Source of the DNA: an uncultured Candidatus Saccharibacteria bacterium
GTDB taxonomy: Bacteria; Patescibacteriota; Dojkabacteria; J137
Reading direction: 5' to 3'
Length of the DNA: 64,000 nt
Assembly (NCBI GenBank): GCA_965230975.1
Contig: OZ246402.1
Span: forward strand, 573,009 to 637,008
Shown: positions 28,008 through 37,173 of the stretch, in pieces
Layout: every line of letters begins with the position of its first letter
Position numbering within the stretch: the first letter of the stretch is position 1
Notes under the pieces: model-generated
Seen by the model: the letters and a program-made list of their open reading frames with translations, nothing else
What the model was told of the DNA's origin: nothing
Databases searched by the model: none
Program-made: the position numbers and the translations under genes

Positions 28008-28679
28008 ATGTTTGACCTCCACTACATTCAACTAAGAACAATAGAAGAACTTTTATTCAAAAAAGAGGCTACTTTTACACAGTTAAATGCTTTAAATTTA
28101 ACTAACGATCACTTTACCTTTCATATAAAGCAATTAATAAAACGAGGTCTTATAGAAAAGGTGGATGATTTATACAAACTTACATCTTCGGGTTTAGAAT
28201 TAGCAGGGCGATTAAATACAAATAAAGGGACTATATATAATCAAGCCAAACTGAGCATATTAGTAGGTATATTTAGAGAAAACAATGGAACCTTAGAGGT
28301 CCTACTATCTAAAAGAAAACGAGACCAATCAATTGGAAAAATTGCTTGGCATACTACAAAAGTAGATATTGGAGAACTATTAAAAGATTCAGCTAATAGA
28401 TGTTTAAAAAACGAGACCGGATTAACTGGAAACCCTGAATTTGCAGGAGTAACTCATGTAATTAGAAAAGATGAGAACAATTATGAAATAGATGTGGTAT
28501 TAGTAGATTTTCTTGTATTAAACCCAACTGGAGAATTAATTACAGAAACTCCAGATCAAACTAACTTTTGGATTAGCTATGAAGACGCTTTAAAGTTAGA
28601 CAACACACTTGTTGGAATGAAAGAAAAGCTTGAAGCTTTCAAGAATAGACAAATCACTTTTAACGAATACATAAACTAA
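28008..28679 (+). CDS. winged-helix DNA-binding domain fused to a degenerate NUDIX-like domain
   Basis: N-terminal HTH-like FTFHIKQLIKRGLIEK; C-terminal NUDIX-like fold with a degenerate box (GELLKDSANRCLKNETGL). Confidence 0.4.
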   Translation: MFDLHYIQLRTIEELLFKKEATFTQLNALNLTNDHFTFHIKQLIKRGLIEKVDDLYKLTSSGLELAGRLNTNKGTIYNQAKLSILVGIFRENNGTLEVLLSKRKRDQSIGKIAWHTTKVDIGELLKDSANRCLKNETGLTGNPEFAGVTHVIRKDENNYEIDVVLVDFLVLNPTGELITETPDQTNFWISYEDALKLDNTLVGMKEKLEAFKNRQITFNEYIN

Positions 28680-29062
28680 GTTGCGTGAATAACATAAGTT
28701 ACAACACCCCAAATTTGATTCCCTTCCGCTAATTTTATTGGATGGTAGTTTGGGTTTTCTGGGCATAAAAACTCTCCATTTGCGCTTTTAACATACCTCT
28801 TTACCGTAAACTCATTATCTATAACACCAATAACAATATCCCTGTTTTTAGGCTCTTTAGATTTATCTACAATAAGAATATCATTAGGAAAAATCCCAGC
28901 TTTAATCATAGAATCTCCAGAAACCTTTACAAGAAAAGTAGCAGCCGGGTGGGGAATTAAATATTCGTTTAAATCTAAAGACTTATCTAAAAAGTCATCT
29001 GCAGGTGATGGAAATCCGGCTTTAATTGTTGTTAAAAATAACGGTAAAGTTACCATACACAC
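28676..29062 (-). CDS. umuD: UmuD-like S24 peptidase (translesion polymerase accessory subunit)
   Basis: FPSPADDF, VSGDSM (Ser nucleophile), FTVKR (Lys), candidate A-G cleavage site in KAGF; no HTH domain. Confidence 0.85.
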   Translation of the reverse strand: MCMVTLPLFLTTIKAGFPSPADDFLDKSLDLNEYLIPHPAATFLVKVSGDSMIKAGIFPNDILIVDKSKEPKNRDIVIGVIDNEFTVKRYVKSANGEFLCPENPNYHPIKLAEGNQIWGVVTYVIHAT

Positions 29063-29101
29063 ACAATAAGTTAGGGGATACCATTTTTCGCAAGAGTTTT
29101 G

Positions 29102-30313
29102 CTAATCTTTAATATACTTTCTACCTTTAAGTTCTTCTGGAAAGTGCTCTTGATCCACCTTAGCATCTTTAAAGTCGTGAGCATATTTGTAGCCTTTACC
29201 ATAACCAAGCTCTTTCATAAGCTTTGTAGGCGCGTTTCTGATGTGTAATGGAACAGGTAAAGAACCATGTTTATAAACATCTTCTTTTGCGTGGCTAGAA
29301 GCCATATAAGCAGAGTTATCTTTAGGTGCTTTTGCCAAGTAAATTGCCAACTGACACAATGCAACATCGCATTCCGGCCTGCCAAGTTTTTGGCATGTTT
29401 CAAAAATAGTGTTAGCCAAAATAACAGCTTGTGGGTCTGCATTACCAATATCTTCAGATGCAAATCTAAGTAATCGTCTTGCAATGTAAAGAGGATCATC
29501 ACCTGCTTCTAGCATTCTAGTAATCCAATACACAGAGGCATTTGGGTCTGAATCTCTCATGGATTTATGCACAGCAGAAATTATATTGTAATGGTCTTCA
29601 CCTTTTCTTTCGTATTGTAAAAAGTTTTCTACCGTCTTTTTTAAAATATCTTCTGTAATCTTATTATCAACAGAAGCCATCAAAGCGCTTTCTAAAATGT
29701 TAGAAGCACTTCTTAAATCTCCATCACTAGCTTTTGCTATAAATTCTAAAACCTTTTTGCCGGCTTTTACTTCTAACCCTTCTTCTTTAACTTTACTTAT
29801 AAGCTTCTCTAGATAGTCTTGTACCTCTGTAACCGAATGCTTGTTTAGGGTGAATACCCTGCACCTAGAAAGTAAAGCTGGTATTAAACTAAAAGATGGA
29901 TTTTCTGTAGTGGCACCAATTAATGTAATAATTCCTTTTTCTACATAAGGGAGCAGAGCGTCTTGTTGAGATTTATTCCACCTGTGGATTTCGTCTAAAA
30001 ATAATATTGTCCTACTAGGAATTAATTCCATGTTACCGTTCTTTTGGTGAGCCATTGCCTTAACAATAATCTCTTTTAGCTTGTCTTTACCACTCATTAC
30101 TGCAGATAGTTTGTGAAAGTCTGCATGTATTTCTTTAGAGATTATGTAGGCTAGAGTAGTTTTGCCTGTCCCGGGTGGACCCCAAAATATTAAAGAGGGT
30201 AAGTTTTTTGTTTCTATAAATCTTCGAATAGGCATTCCTGGCCCGACTAAATGTTTTTGACCAATGTAGTCATCCAGTTTTGAAGGTCTATATTTTGATG
30301 CAATTGGTTCCAT
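29102..30313 (-). CDS. rarA: replication-associated recombination protein A (MgsA/RarA AAA+ ATPase)
   Basis: YRPSKLDDYIGQKHL, Walker A GPPGTGKTT, Walker B LFLDEIHRWNK, conserved C-terminal domain. Confidence 0.9.
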   Translation of the reverse strand: MEPIASKYRPSKLDDYIGQKHLVGPGMPIRRFIETKNLPSLIFWGPPGTGKTTLAYIISKEIHADFHKLSAVMSGKDKLKEIIVKAMAHQKNGNMELIPSRTILFLDEIHRWNKSQQDALLPYVEKGIITLIGATTENPSFSLIPALLSRCRVFTLNKHSVTEVQDYLEKLISKVKEEGLEVKAGKKVLEFIAKASDGDLRSASNILESALMASVDNKITEDILKKTVENFLQYERKGEDHYNIISAVHKSMRDSDPNASVYWITRMLEAGDDPLYIARRLLRFASEDIGNADPQAVILANTIFETCQKLGRPECDVALCQLAIYLAKAPKDNSAYMASSHAKEDVYKHGSLPVPLHIRNAPTKLMKELGYGKGYKYAHDFKDAKVDQEHFPEELKGRKYIKD

Positions 30314-30368
30314 GAGTTATTAATTCAAAAGTATACTAAGTATAGCTCTAGTATACCGATTGATGATA

Positions 30369-31181
30369 TTAATTTAAGAAGTCTTTAATTGTAAATTGGT
30401 TAGGTTTTGTTTTTTCTAAATCTTCCCACTCAATTGGCAATGAAATAGGCGCACCTTCTCTTGCCCTTGTAGAATAGGCTGCAACGGTTGTTGCTCCTCT
30501 GGAATTTCTTAAATAGTCTATAAATATCTTACCCTTGCGTTGGTCTTTAGTCACAACTGTGGTGTATAAATCGTTTTGTAATGCTAGTTTGTCGGCTATT
30601 TCTTTTGCATAGGCATGAACATAGTCCCAATTCTTTTTTTCTCTCATTGGTGCGATTATATGAAACCCTTTTCCACCTGATGTTTTTAAAGTTGGCTTAA
30701 AACCTCTAGATTCTAACTCTGCTTTTATATCTCGGGCACACTTGTAAACATGTTTAAAATCTAAATCTTCGTCTGGGTCTAAATCAAAAATCATTCTATC
30801 TGGATGTTCATAGTCAGAAAGCCGGCTATTTGTTGTATGAAATTCTAATACGCCAAGATTTAATAGGTAAAGAATGTCATCAATTTGATCTATTTCAATA
30901 TAATAATCAGTATGTCCATCCTTCTCTTTTATTTTTACGCGTTCTATATACTCAGGAAACGATTCTGATGGGTGTTTTTGAACAAATTGAATATCTCCAC
31001 CTAGGCCGTGAGGGCTTCTTATTAATGTTATTGGTCTGTCTTTAAGCTCTTTTAATATTAGTTTTTCTACCTTTAAATAGTAATTTACGAGTTCTAGCTT
31101 GGTTATTTTAGATTTAGGGAAAAGTATTTTACTTGGATGTGTTATTTTTATACTTCTGATTGTTATAAAATCATTGTCCAT
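30369..31181 (-). CDS. stand-alone LigD-type primase-polymerase domain (NHEJ PolDom)
   Basis: ITHPSKILFP...ITKLELVNYY...RPITLIRSPHG...FVQKH matches the LigD polymerase-domain pattern; 270 aa with no ligase or nuclease domain. Confidence 0.75.
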   Translation of the reverse strand: MDNDFITIRSIKITHPSKILFPKSKITKLELVNYYLKVEKLILKELKDRPITLIRSPHGLGGDIQFVQKHPSESFPEYIERVKIKEKDGHTDYYIEIDQIDDILYLLNLGVLEFHTTNSRLSDYEHPDRMIFDLDPDEDLDFKHVYKCARDIKAELESRGFKPTLKTSGGKGFHIIAPMREKKNWDYVHAYAKEIADKLALQNDLYTTVVTKDQRKGKIFIDYLRNSRGATTVAAYSTRAREGAPISLPIEWEDLEKTKPNQFTIKDFLN

Positions 31182-31268
31182 AAACTTAGTATATATTATT
31201 GTTTTTGTTTATAAAAGTTAGTTTTACATTTGGTTGGTAGGGTATCTCTTCAAAATTTAAAAAAAATT

Positions 31269-31291
31269 TAGTTCGTATTACGAACGAACTA
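31269..31291. promoter_or_regulatory. palindrome in a divergent promoter region (candidate operator)
   Basis: TAGTTCGT-ATTACGA-ACGAACTA (8-bp arms), with an alternative register GTTCG-N5-CGAAC. Lies between the LigD-Pol operon start (31181) and the gene at 31347. Confidence 0.3.
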
Positions 31292-31346
31292 TTTAAAAAT
31301 GGCTTTGAAAACGATATAGTTATATATTAGAAGTTAATTTCCTGTA

Positions 31347-31916
31347 ATGAAAATATTAATTGTTGATAATTTAACCTATAACTCTGAGTATTTAAAATCT
31401 CTTTTAAAAGATCATCAGGTAGATGTACAAATTTACAAGCAATTACAACTAGCAAGCTTGAATGAGTATGATTTATATATCCTAACTGGAACACATCATA
31501 ATTATATGGGAACAGTGATAGAAGAATGGGACAATTTATTATCAGAAAGAGAGTTGATAATGGATTCAAACAAACCTATTATTGGAATTTGCTACGGTTA
31601 TGAACTTATAGCAACTGTTTTTGGTTCAGAAATAGATTTTTACGAGCAAAGAGTACGGGGAGATTATAAAATTAAATTTATTAAAGATATTGGCTTAGAT
31701 ATCAATAAAGAATATACAGTTTATGGTAACCACTTATTGTATATTTCCAAAGTCGGACAAGATTTAGAAACTATAGCTTCATCTGAGCATGGCCCAGAGA
31801 TAATTAAGCATAAAACAAAGCCAATTTACGGACTACAATTTCACCCAGAAAAAGAAGCTGAAACAACAGATGGAGATGAGATCCTGTTAAAAATTTTGGA
31901 AAGCTTTACTGCCTAA
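31347..31916 (+). CDS. class I glutamine amidotransferase-like protein
   Basis: Nucleophile elbow GICYGYE and LQFHPE (His-Glu) motifs. Confidence 0.7.
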   Translation: MKILIVDNLTYNSEYLKSLLKDHQVDVQIYKQLQLASLNEYDLYILTGTHHNYMGTVIEEWDNLLSERELIMDSNKPIIGICYGYELIATVFGSEIDFYEQRVRGDYKIKFIKDIGLDINKEYTVYGNHLLYISKVGQDLETIASSEHGPEIIKHKTKPIYGLQFHPEKEAETTDGDEILLKILESFTA

Positions 31917-33117
31917 AAATCACTTCTTCTCTTGTAAACATCTTTACACAAACATAAAGCACCACAAAGAAAAGAATAGTAGTAGTAAGTAAAGAAAGCA
32001 AAAAATTTGTAGCAATAAATTGCCCAAGCAAAATCTGCTTTAACATAGCAACCTGCCCAACAAGAGGAATAGCAAAAATAAATGCAGAGGTATTTGCATC
32101 AAAAGCCTGCCCACTTAAACCAACAAAAATAGAACCCATAATTAATGGCAAAGTATATAACCCACCCTCTTTCGCATTTCTTGCATAAATACCAAGTAAA
32201 ACCAACAATGCTGCAATTAAGCAAGATAAAGGTAATAACACAATAAATATTTGACCTAAAATCTCTGGAGTAATATGTATGGAACCCAAATCTGGGGTAT
32301 TAACATTCCCACCGGTAGTTGCCCCACCAAACAATGCCCCTGGCAAAATACCAAAAGCAATAACCATAGAACTTACATTCAAAACCAAAGAGAGAAGAGA
32401 AAATACTAAAATTGCACCAATCTTTGACAGTCCTATAGTAATTCGAGAAGCATTCAAACTTAAAGTTGTAGCCAACGTATTCTTTTCTTTTTCACCTGCA
32501 GTTAACTCTATAGCAAACTGAGCTGCACCTTGAATTAACCCTAATATAATAATGTAAGGCAATAAAAACAAAATAAACGAACTTTGAGCTGGTTTATTTT
32601 GAACCTCTTGCAAAGTAACAGCACCAAAATTAACCGGATTTAATTGAAGTTCATCTATGGCTAAATTTGCCAAAAGCTTTGACCTTTCTATAGCAGAAAA
32701 CTGTTGGACCAAAGCTTGAACTTTTGCCAAAGAAGCAGATGAAATATTTGATGTTTGGTCAAAAACGTATCTTGAATTAGTTATTGTCTTTTCAACTGAA
32801 ATTTCAAGGTAACCTGAAATCTTTTTGTTTTCTAAATCCTGCTCGTAATTATCAGAATTCACTACTTTAACTATGCCAGAATCTTTAATGTAATTTGCTA
32901 AATCTTGATTTGCATTTGCATCTTTAATGGCAATCACTACCTCTTCTTTTTCTAGTTGTTGTCTTTGAAAATTATCTAATGCACCAACACCAAGAATTAA
33001 CATTGGTGTCAAAAACAAAGATAGTGCAATAAAAGAAACAAAAGATTTTCTATCTCTAGTAATTGTTAAAATCTCTTTTTTAAAAAGTATCCAAAAATGT
33101 CTAGTGTTCATAATCAC
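31906..33117 (-). CDS. ABC-2 type permease (NatB-like)
   Basis: 403-aa ORF with an N-terminal TM helix, a large extracytoplasmic loop and a C-terminal polytopic region; overlaps the ATPase gene by 4 nt. Confidence 0.7.
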   Translation of the reverse strand: MIMNTRHFWILFKKEILTITRDRKSFVSFIALSLFLTPMLILGVGALDNFQRQQLEKEEVVIAIKDANANQDLANYIKDSGIVKVVNSDNYEQDLENKKISGYLEISVEKTITNSRYVFDQTSNISSASLAKVQALVQQFSAIERSKLLANLAIDELQLNPVNFGAVTLQEVQNKPAQSSFILFLLPYIIILGLIQGAAQFAIELTAGEKEKNTLATTLSLNASRITIGLSKIGAILVFSLLSLVLNVSSMVIAFGILPGALFGGATTGGNVNTPDLGSIHITPEILGQIFIVLLPLSCLIAALLVLLGIYARNAKEGGLYTLPLIMGSIFVGLSGQAFDANTSAFIFAIPLVGQVAMLKQILLGQFIATNFLLSLLTTTILFFVVLYVCVKMFTREEVIFRQ

Positions 33118-33896
33118 AATTTATCACTAACTAAATCAAAAAATATTTGTTCAATGCTATCTTTCTTAAATTGCTTTTTAAGCTCTTTTACTTCACCTTT
33201 GGCCAAAATTTCACCTTTATGAATTATCGCAACATCGTCACAAAGTTCTTCGGCATCTGGCATTATGTGCGTACTGTAAAGAATAATTCTACCCTCATCT
33301 TTAAGTTTTAAAATTTGATCTTTAACTGCTCTTGAGGCAAAAATATCTAAACCATTAGTTACTTCATCAAAAATAATAACTTCTGGGTTTGTTACTAAGG
33401 CTCTGGCAATTGAAGTTTTTTGCTTCATACCTGTAGAAAAGTTAATACAAATGTCGTTTAAAAATTCTTCCATTCCAAGTTTTTGTGATATTTCAATAAT
33501 TCTCTTTTCTAAGTCTTCACTTTTGATTCCAGAAAACTCTCCAAACATTTTCATAATTTCGTAAGGGGTTAGTCTATCAAAAACTTGAGTCTCTCCAGAA
33601 ACAAAGCCCAGTTTCATTTTTAAATTGTAAATTTTTTTGTATTGTTGCCCATCTAATGTTATATCTCCAGAATGTGGGTAAGTTAGATTGGCGATTATTC
33701 GCATAGTAGTTGTTTTACCCGCACCATTGGCACCAATAAGCCCAAATATTCTGCCAGGTTTTGCTTCAAAAGAAACCCCTTTAATACCCACCTTAGACTT
33801 TTGTTTGGTTTTTTTATCTGTTCTGGTGAATAGTTTTGTTATGTTTTCTACTTTAAGCATAAAGCTTAGTATACTCCCAACTATTTTTATATTCAA
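33114..33896 (-). CDS. ABC transporter ATP-binding protein (NatA-like)
   Basis: Walker A GANGAGKTT, signature FSTGMKQK, Walker B IIFDEVT; alternative start at 33860 (MLKVENI). Confidence 0.85.
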   Translation of the reverse strand: MNIKIVGSILSFMLKVENITKLFTRTDKKTKQKSKVGIKGVSFEAKPGRIFGLIGANGAGKTTTMRIIANLTYPHSGDITLDGQQYKKIYNLKMKLGFVSGETQVFDRLTPYEIMKMFGEFSGIKSEDLEKRIIEISQKLGMEEFLNDICINFSTGMKQKTSIARALVTNPEVIIFDEVTNGLDIFASRAVKDQILKLKDEGRIILYSTHIMPDAEELCDDVAIIHKGEILAKGEVKELKKQFKKDSIEQIFFDLVSDKL

Positions 33897-33998
33897 GCAA
33901 TTGTCTTAACATACTATGATATCGAGGTTTTGGCATTTTATTGTGTTCTAAATTTTTTTTAATTAATATATAATTTGTAATATCTATTAAAAAACTGC

Positions 33999-34436
33999 AT
34001 GGATAATTCAGAACAAAATATTTCTAAAAAAAAGAGATTAATGCAAAAAGCATCAAAGATGAAGGAAAAAGTACCAACAAAACAGGTTGGGGACTTTTGG
34101 TCTGATTTTAGAGATTTCGCTTTTAAGGGCAATATTATTGAATTAGCTGTTGGAGTTGTAATTGGTACAGCATTTAATAATTTGGTTCAGTCTTTAGTTA
34201 CAAATATAATTATGCCTCCAATAGGTAAGCTTTTGGGTAATACATCTTTTACTAATCTTTTTATAGATTTATCTGGGAGTAACTATGAAACTTTGTTGCA
34301 GGCAACTACTGCTGGGGCACCAGTTATAAAATATGGTTTGTTTATTAGCAATATGATAGATTTTTTAATAATGGCACTAACTATTTTTATTGTTATAAGA
34401 TTTGTTTTAAGAGTTAAAAAGGAGGAAAAATCTTAA
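33999..34436 (+). CDS. mscL: large-conductance mechanosensitive channel
   Basis: FRDFAFKGNIIELAVGVVIGTAFNNLVQSLVTNIIMPPIG parallels E. coli MscL TM1; carries a ~30-aa N-terminal extension. Confidence 0.9.
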   Translation: MDNSEQNISKKKRLMQKASKMKEKVPTKQVGDFWSDFRDFAFKGNIIELAVGVVIGTAFNNLVQSLVTNIIMPPIGKLLGNTSFTNLFIDLSGSNYETLLQATTAGAPVIKYGLFISNMIDFLIMALTIFIVIRFVLRVKKEEKS

Positions 34437-35173
34437 TGTATAATTTAATAAAACTTCTTTATAAAAATTTTAAATACAATTTCGACTATTTGAAAGACTT
34501 TTCATATTTTCTTTTAAAATCTTTTAATTTAAAAAAAGATAAAAAATATGGTTTTGATAAAGATCTTTTCACTGTAGATCAGCTAGGTAATCCCAATCCC
34601 GTAAAGGTCACAGAGTACTATGGCTTTATAAACGACCCTGCCGCGGCAAAACGTTTTGGGACTTCGGATCTTGAAGAGTATAGTTTTTGGAGTTGGAGAT
34701 CTTGTGGCGTTGCAAATGTGGTATCAATTTTAAAAACTTTTAATAAGTATGATGGTACTTTATTTGATTTGGTTAGCGAGCTAAAAACCAAAGAGGGTTA
34801 TTTGTTTCAAGATCATTATGGCAATAAAGATTTGGGCTGGAAGCATTTTACTCTTATTAATACTTTAGAAAGTTATGGTTTTAAATCAAAATTACTTAAA
34901 AGAGTAACTCCATACAGAGTTTTACTTGAAATATTAGGTGGAAAAGTAGTAATTGCATCGGTTAAAAGTAATTTAAGATTCGAAGGAAGCCATATGATAA
35001 TTGTTAAAGGCTTTTCCAAAACAAAAAAAGGACTTGTTTTAAACATATTCAGCTCTTACAATTTAGATGGATTAGGAGGAAATACTACAATGCCATTTAA
35101 AGAGTTTAGGAGAGATTTTTTAAGGAAAGGTATAAGCGTTGATTTCAATAGTATACCAACCAATACTATATAG
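34436..35173 (+). CDS. C39-like (papain-fold) cysteine peptidase domain protein
   Basis: Candidate Cys/His dyad in WRSCGVANVVSIL and GSHMIIVKG; TAATG overlap with mscL. Confidence 0.45.
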   Translation: MYNLIKLLYKNFKYNFDYLKDFSYFLLKSFNLKKDKKYGFDKDLFTVDQLGNPNPVKVTEYYGFINDPAAAKRFGTSDLEEYSFWSWRSCGVANVVSILKTFNKYDGTLFDLVSELKTKEGYLFQDHYGNKDLGWKHFTLINTLESYGFKSKLLKRVTPYRVLLEILGGKVVIASVKSNLRFEGSHMIIVKGFSKTKKGLVLNIFSSYNLDGLGGNTTMPFKEFRRDFLRKGISVDFNSIPTNTI

Positions 35174-35174
35174 T

Positions 35175-35831
35175 ATGAATATAGTTGTACTACATGGTTG
35201 GGGTCAAAATTCAGAATATTGGCAAGAAATATCTTCAAAATTTGATAACTCACTTACATTAGATTTACCCGGATTTGGGAATACACCATTAATAGATTCA
35301 AACTGGGGTATTGCAAATTACGCATCATGGGTAGTTAACCAAATAGAGTCTAAGGGTTTAAAAAATGTAGTACTTGTAGGACACTCTTTTGGTGGTAGGA
35401 TTGCAAGTTACGTAGCTAGTCAAAACCCGGAGTGGTTAAATTTGCTAGTGCTTTATGGCGCACCTTGCATTTACAGACCATCTTTAAGTTTAAAGATGAA
35501 AACAAGGCTTTTTAAAATTTTAAAAAACCTAGGAATAAAAAAGAAGCCAAAAAATTCTGAATTAAATATCGCAGATTCAAACGGTATGGGAAAAATTTTT
35601 AGAAAAGCAGTTGTTTTTGATCAAACAGAAATCTTACCTAAGATAAAAGTCCCTACTTTGTTAATTTGGGGTGAAAAAGATTTTGATGTCCCACTTTCTA
35701 TAGCAAAGGAAATGCATACCCTTATTCCAAAAAGCCAACTTGTAGTATTAAATAACCTTGGACATAATGCACATTTAGAAAACCCAAATCTTTTTTATGG
35801 AACAATTAAAAACTTTATACAGAATAATTAA
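35175..35831 (+). CDS. alpha/beta hydrolase
   Basis: ORF is open from 35139; the ATG at 35175 is preferred (MNIVVLHGWG). Nucleophile elbow GHSFGG and a C-terminal GHNAHLE. Confidence 0.8.
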   Translation: MNIVVLHGWGQNSEYWQEISSKFDNSLTLDLPGFGNTPLIDSNWGIANYASWVVNQIESKGLKNVVLVGHSFGGRIASYVASQNPEWLNLLVLYGAPCIYRPSLSLKMKTRLFKILKNLGIKKKPKNSELNIADSNGMGKIFRKAVVFDQTEILPKIKVPTLLIWGEKDFDVPLSIAKEMHTLIPKSQLVVLNNLGHNAHLENPNLFYGTIKNFIQNN

Positions 35832-37173
35832 TTTAGTACTTCCACTTTCAGACTTTTTCTATATTCTTCAAATAGAGGAGTATTCAAGCAAAAGATTTAT
35901 TAAGTGGTTGCCCTTATACTTTTTTAAAAGAGATTTTCAAAAAAGAGATAGCTTGAAGTTTACCAAGCGAGTAAAAATAAGTATATTCTTCACTTTGATT
36001 ATTTGGATTACCTCCCTTTTGGTTATTGTTAGTTTACTAAACGAAGTATTTATTCAAATTTTAATTCTTTTATTATGGAGCTTATTAACACCCATTTTTG
36101 TGCTAATAGGTAATACTTTAGTATCGCCCTATTTTGAGTATAGGAAGAGTGCTATTAGGGCTCTATCAGTTGAAAAAATAAATTCTAATCCAAATCTGAA
36201 GATAATATTAATTGCAGGAAGTTATGGTAAAACAACAACCAAAAATTTTATATATCAATTGGTTCAGTATAGCTACAAAACACAAATGATACCTGGCAAT
36301 ATTAATACTCCTGCAGGGATTGCTAATTGGGTAAATAACAGCTTGCAGACTTCTACACAATTGCTTATTGCAGAAGTAGATGCCTATGAAGTTGGCGAAA
36401 TAGCTAAAAGTTGTAGTATTTTAAAAGCAGATATTTCAGTTTTAACAAATATTGGTGATCAACATTTAGAGAGGTTTGGAAACGTTGGGAATCTTGCAAT
36501 GGCGTTATCCGAGGTTTTTGCCTTCTCTAAACCAAATGCAAATCTAATAACAACTTCTGATGTTCTAAATACACTAACTAATAAAGAGTTTGGTTTAAGG
36601 GAGTTAACAATTATTAAACCACATGCAGTTTTAAAATATAATAGTGAAGCCCTAGATGTATCTCATTTATCTCAAACTAACCGTACTAATTTGAACTTTG
36701 CACTTTGTGTTGCTAGCATTCTAAATGTTCCTTCAAGGTTCGTTGTTGATTCGGTTGCAAAATTAGAGTTACCAGACAGAAGGCAAAAGCCGAGCACTAT
36801 TTTTGGTTATCAGGCTATAGATGATTCATATAATATAAGTTATTCAACTGCACTAGCAGGTATTAATTTTGCAAAAGAAGAGTCGAAAAAAGCTAATAAA
36901 AAACTATTGGTTATAACAGCAGGGATTCCAGAACTTTCAAATGATAATAAAGATAAGAATCAATTACTTGGAAGTTTTTTAGAAAAAAATGCTGACTATA
37001 CTGTTGTTTTAAAAAGCATCTTATATAAAGATATCTTGAGCGGGTTTACCAATAATGAAAAATATATTCTAGTTAAAGATTTAAAAACTTTTATTAAAGA
37101 TATAAATCCAAATTTTACTAAAGATGAGTGGTTTCTATTGTTACAGCCAGAGTTAAATGACTTGTATTATTAA
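35797..37173 (+). CDS. Mur ligase family protein (MurF-like) with a hydrophobic N-terminal region
   Basis: P-loop GSYGKTTTK, Mur ligase central and C-terminal domains. The first ~110 aa contain predicted TM helices instead of a normal MurF N-domain. Convergent with ddl. Confidence 0.6.
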   Translation: MEQLKTLYRIINLVLPLSDFFYILQIEEYSSKRFIKWLPLYFFKRDFQKRDSLKFTKRVKISIFFTLIIWITSLLVIVSLLNEVFIQILILLLWSLLTPIFVLIGNTLVSPYFEYRKSAIRALSVEKINSNPNLKIILIAGSYGKTTTKNFIYQLVQYSYKTQMIPGNINTPAGIANWVNNSLQTSTQLLIAEVDAYEVGEIAKSCSILKADISVLTNIGDQHLERFGNVGNLAMALSEVFAFSKPNANLITTSDVLNTLTNKEFGLRELTIIKPHAVLKYNSEALDVSHLSQTNRTNLNFALCVASILNVPSRFVVDSVAKLELPDRRQKPSTIFGYQAIDDSYNISYSTALAGINFAKEESKKANKKLLVITAGIPELSNDNKDKNQLLGSFLEKNADYTVVLKSILYKDILSGFTNNEKYILVKDLKTFIKDINPNFTKDEWFLLLQPELNDLYY

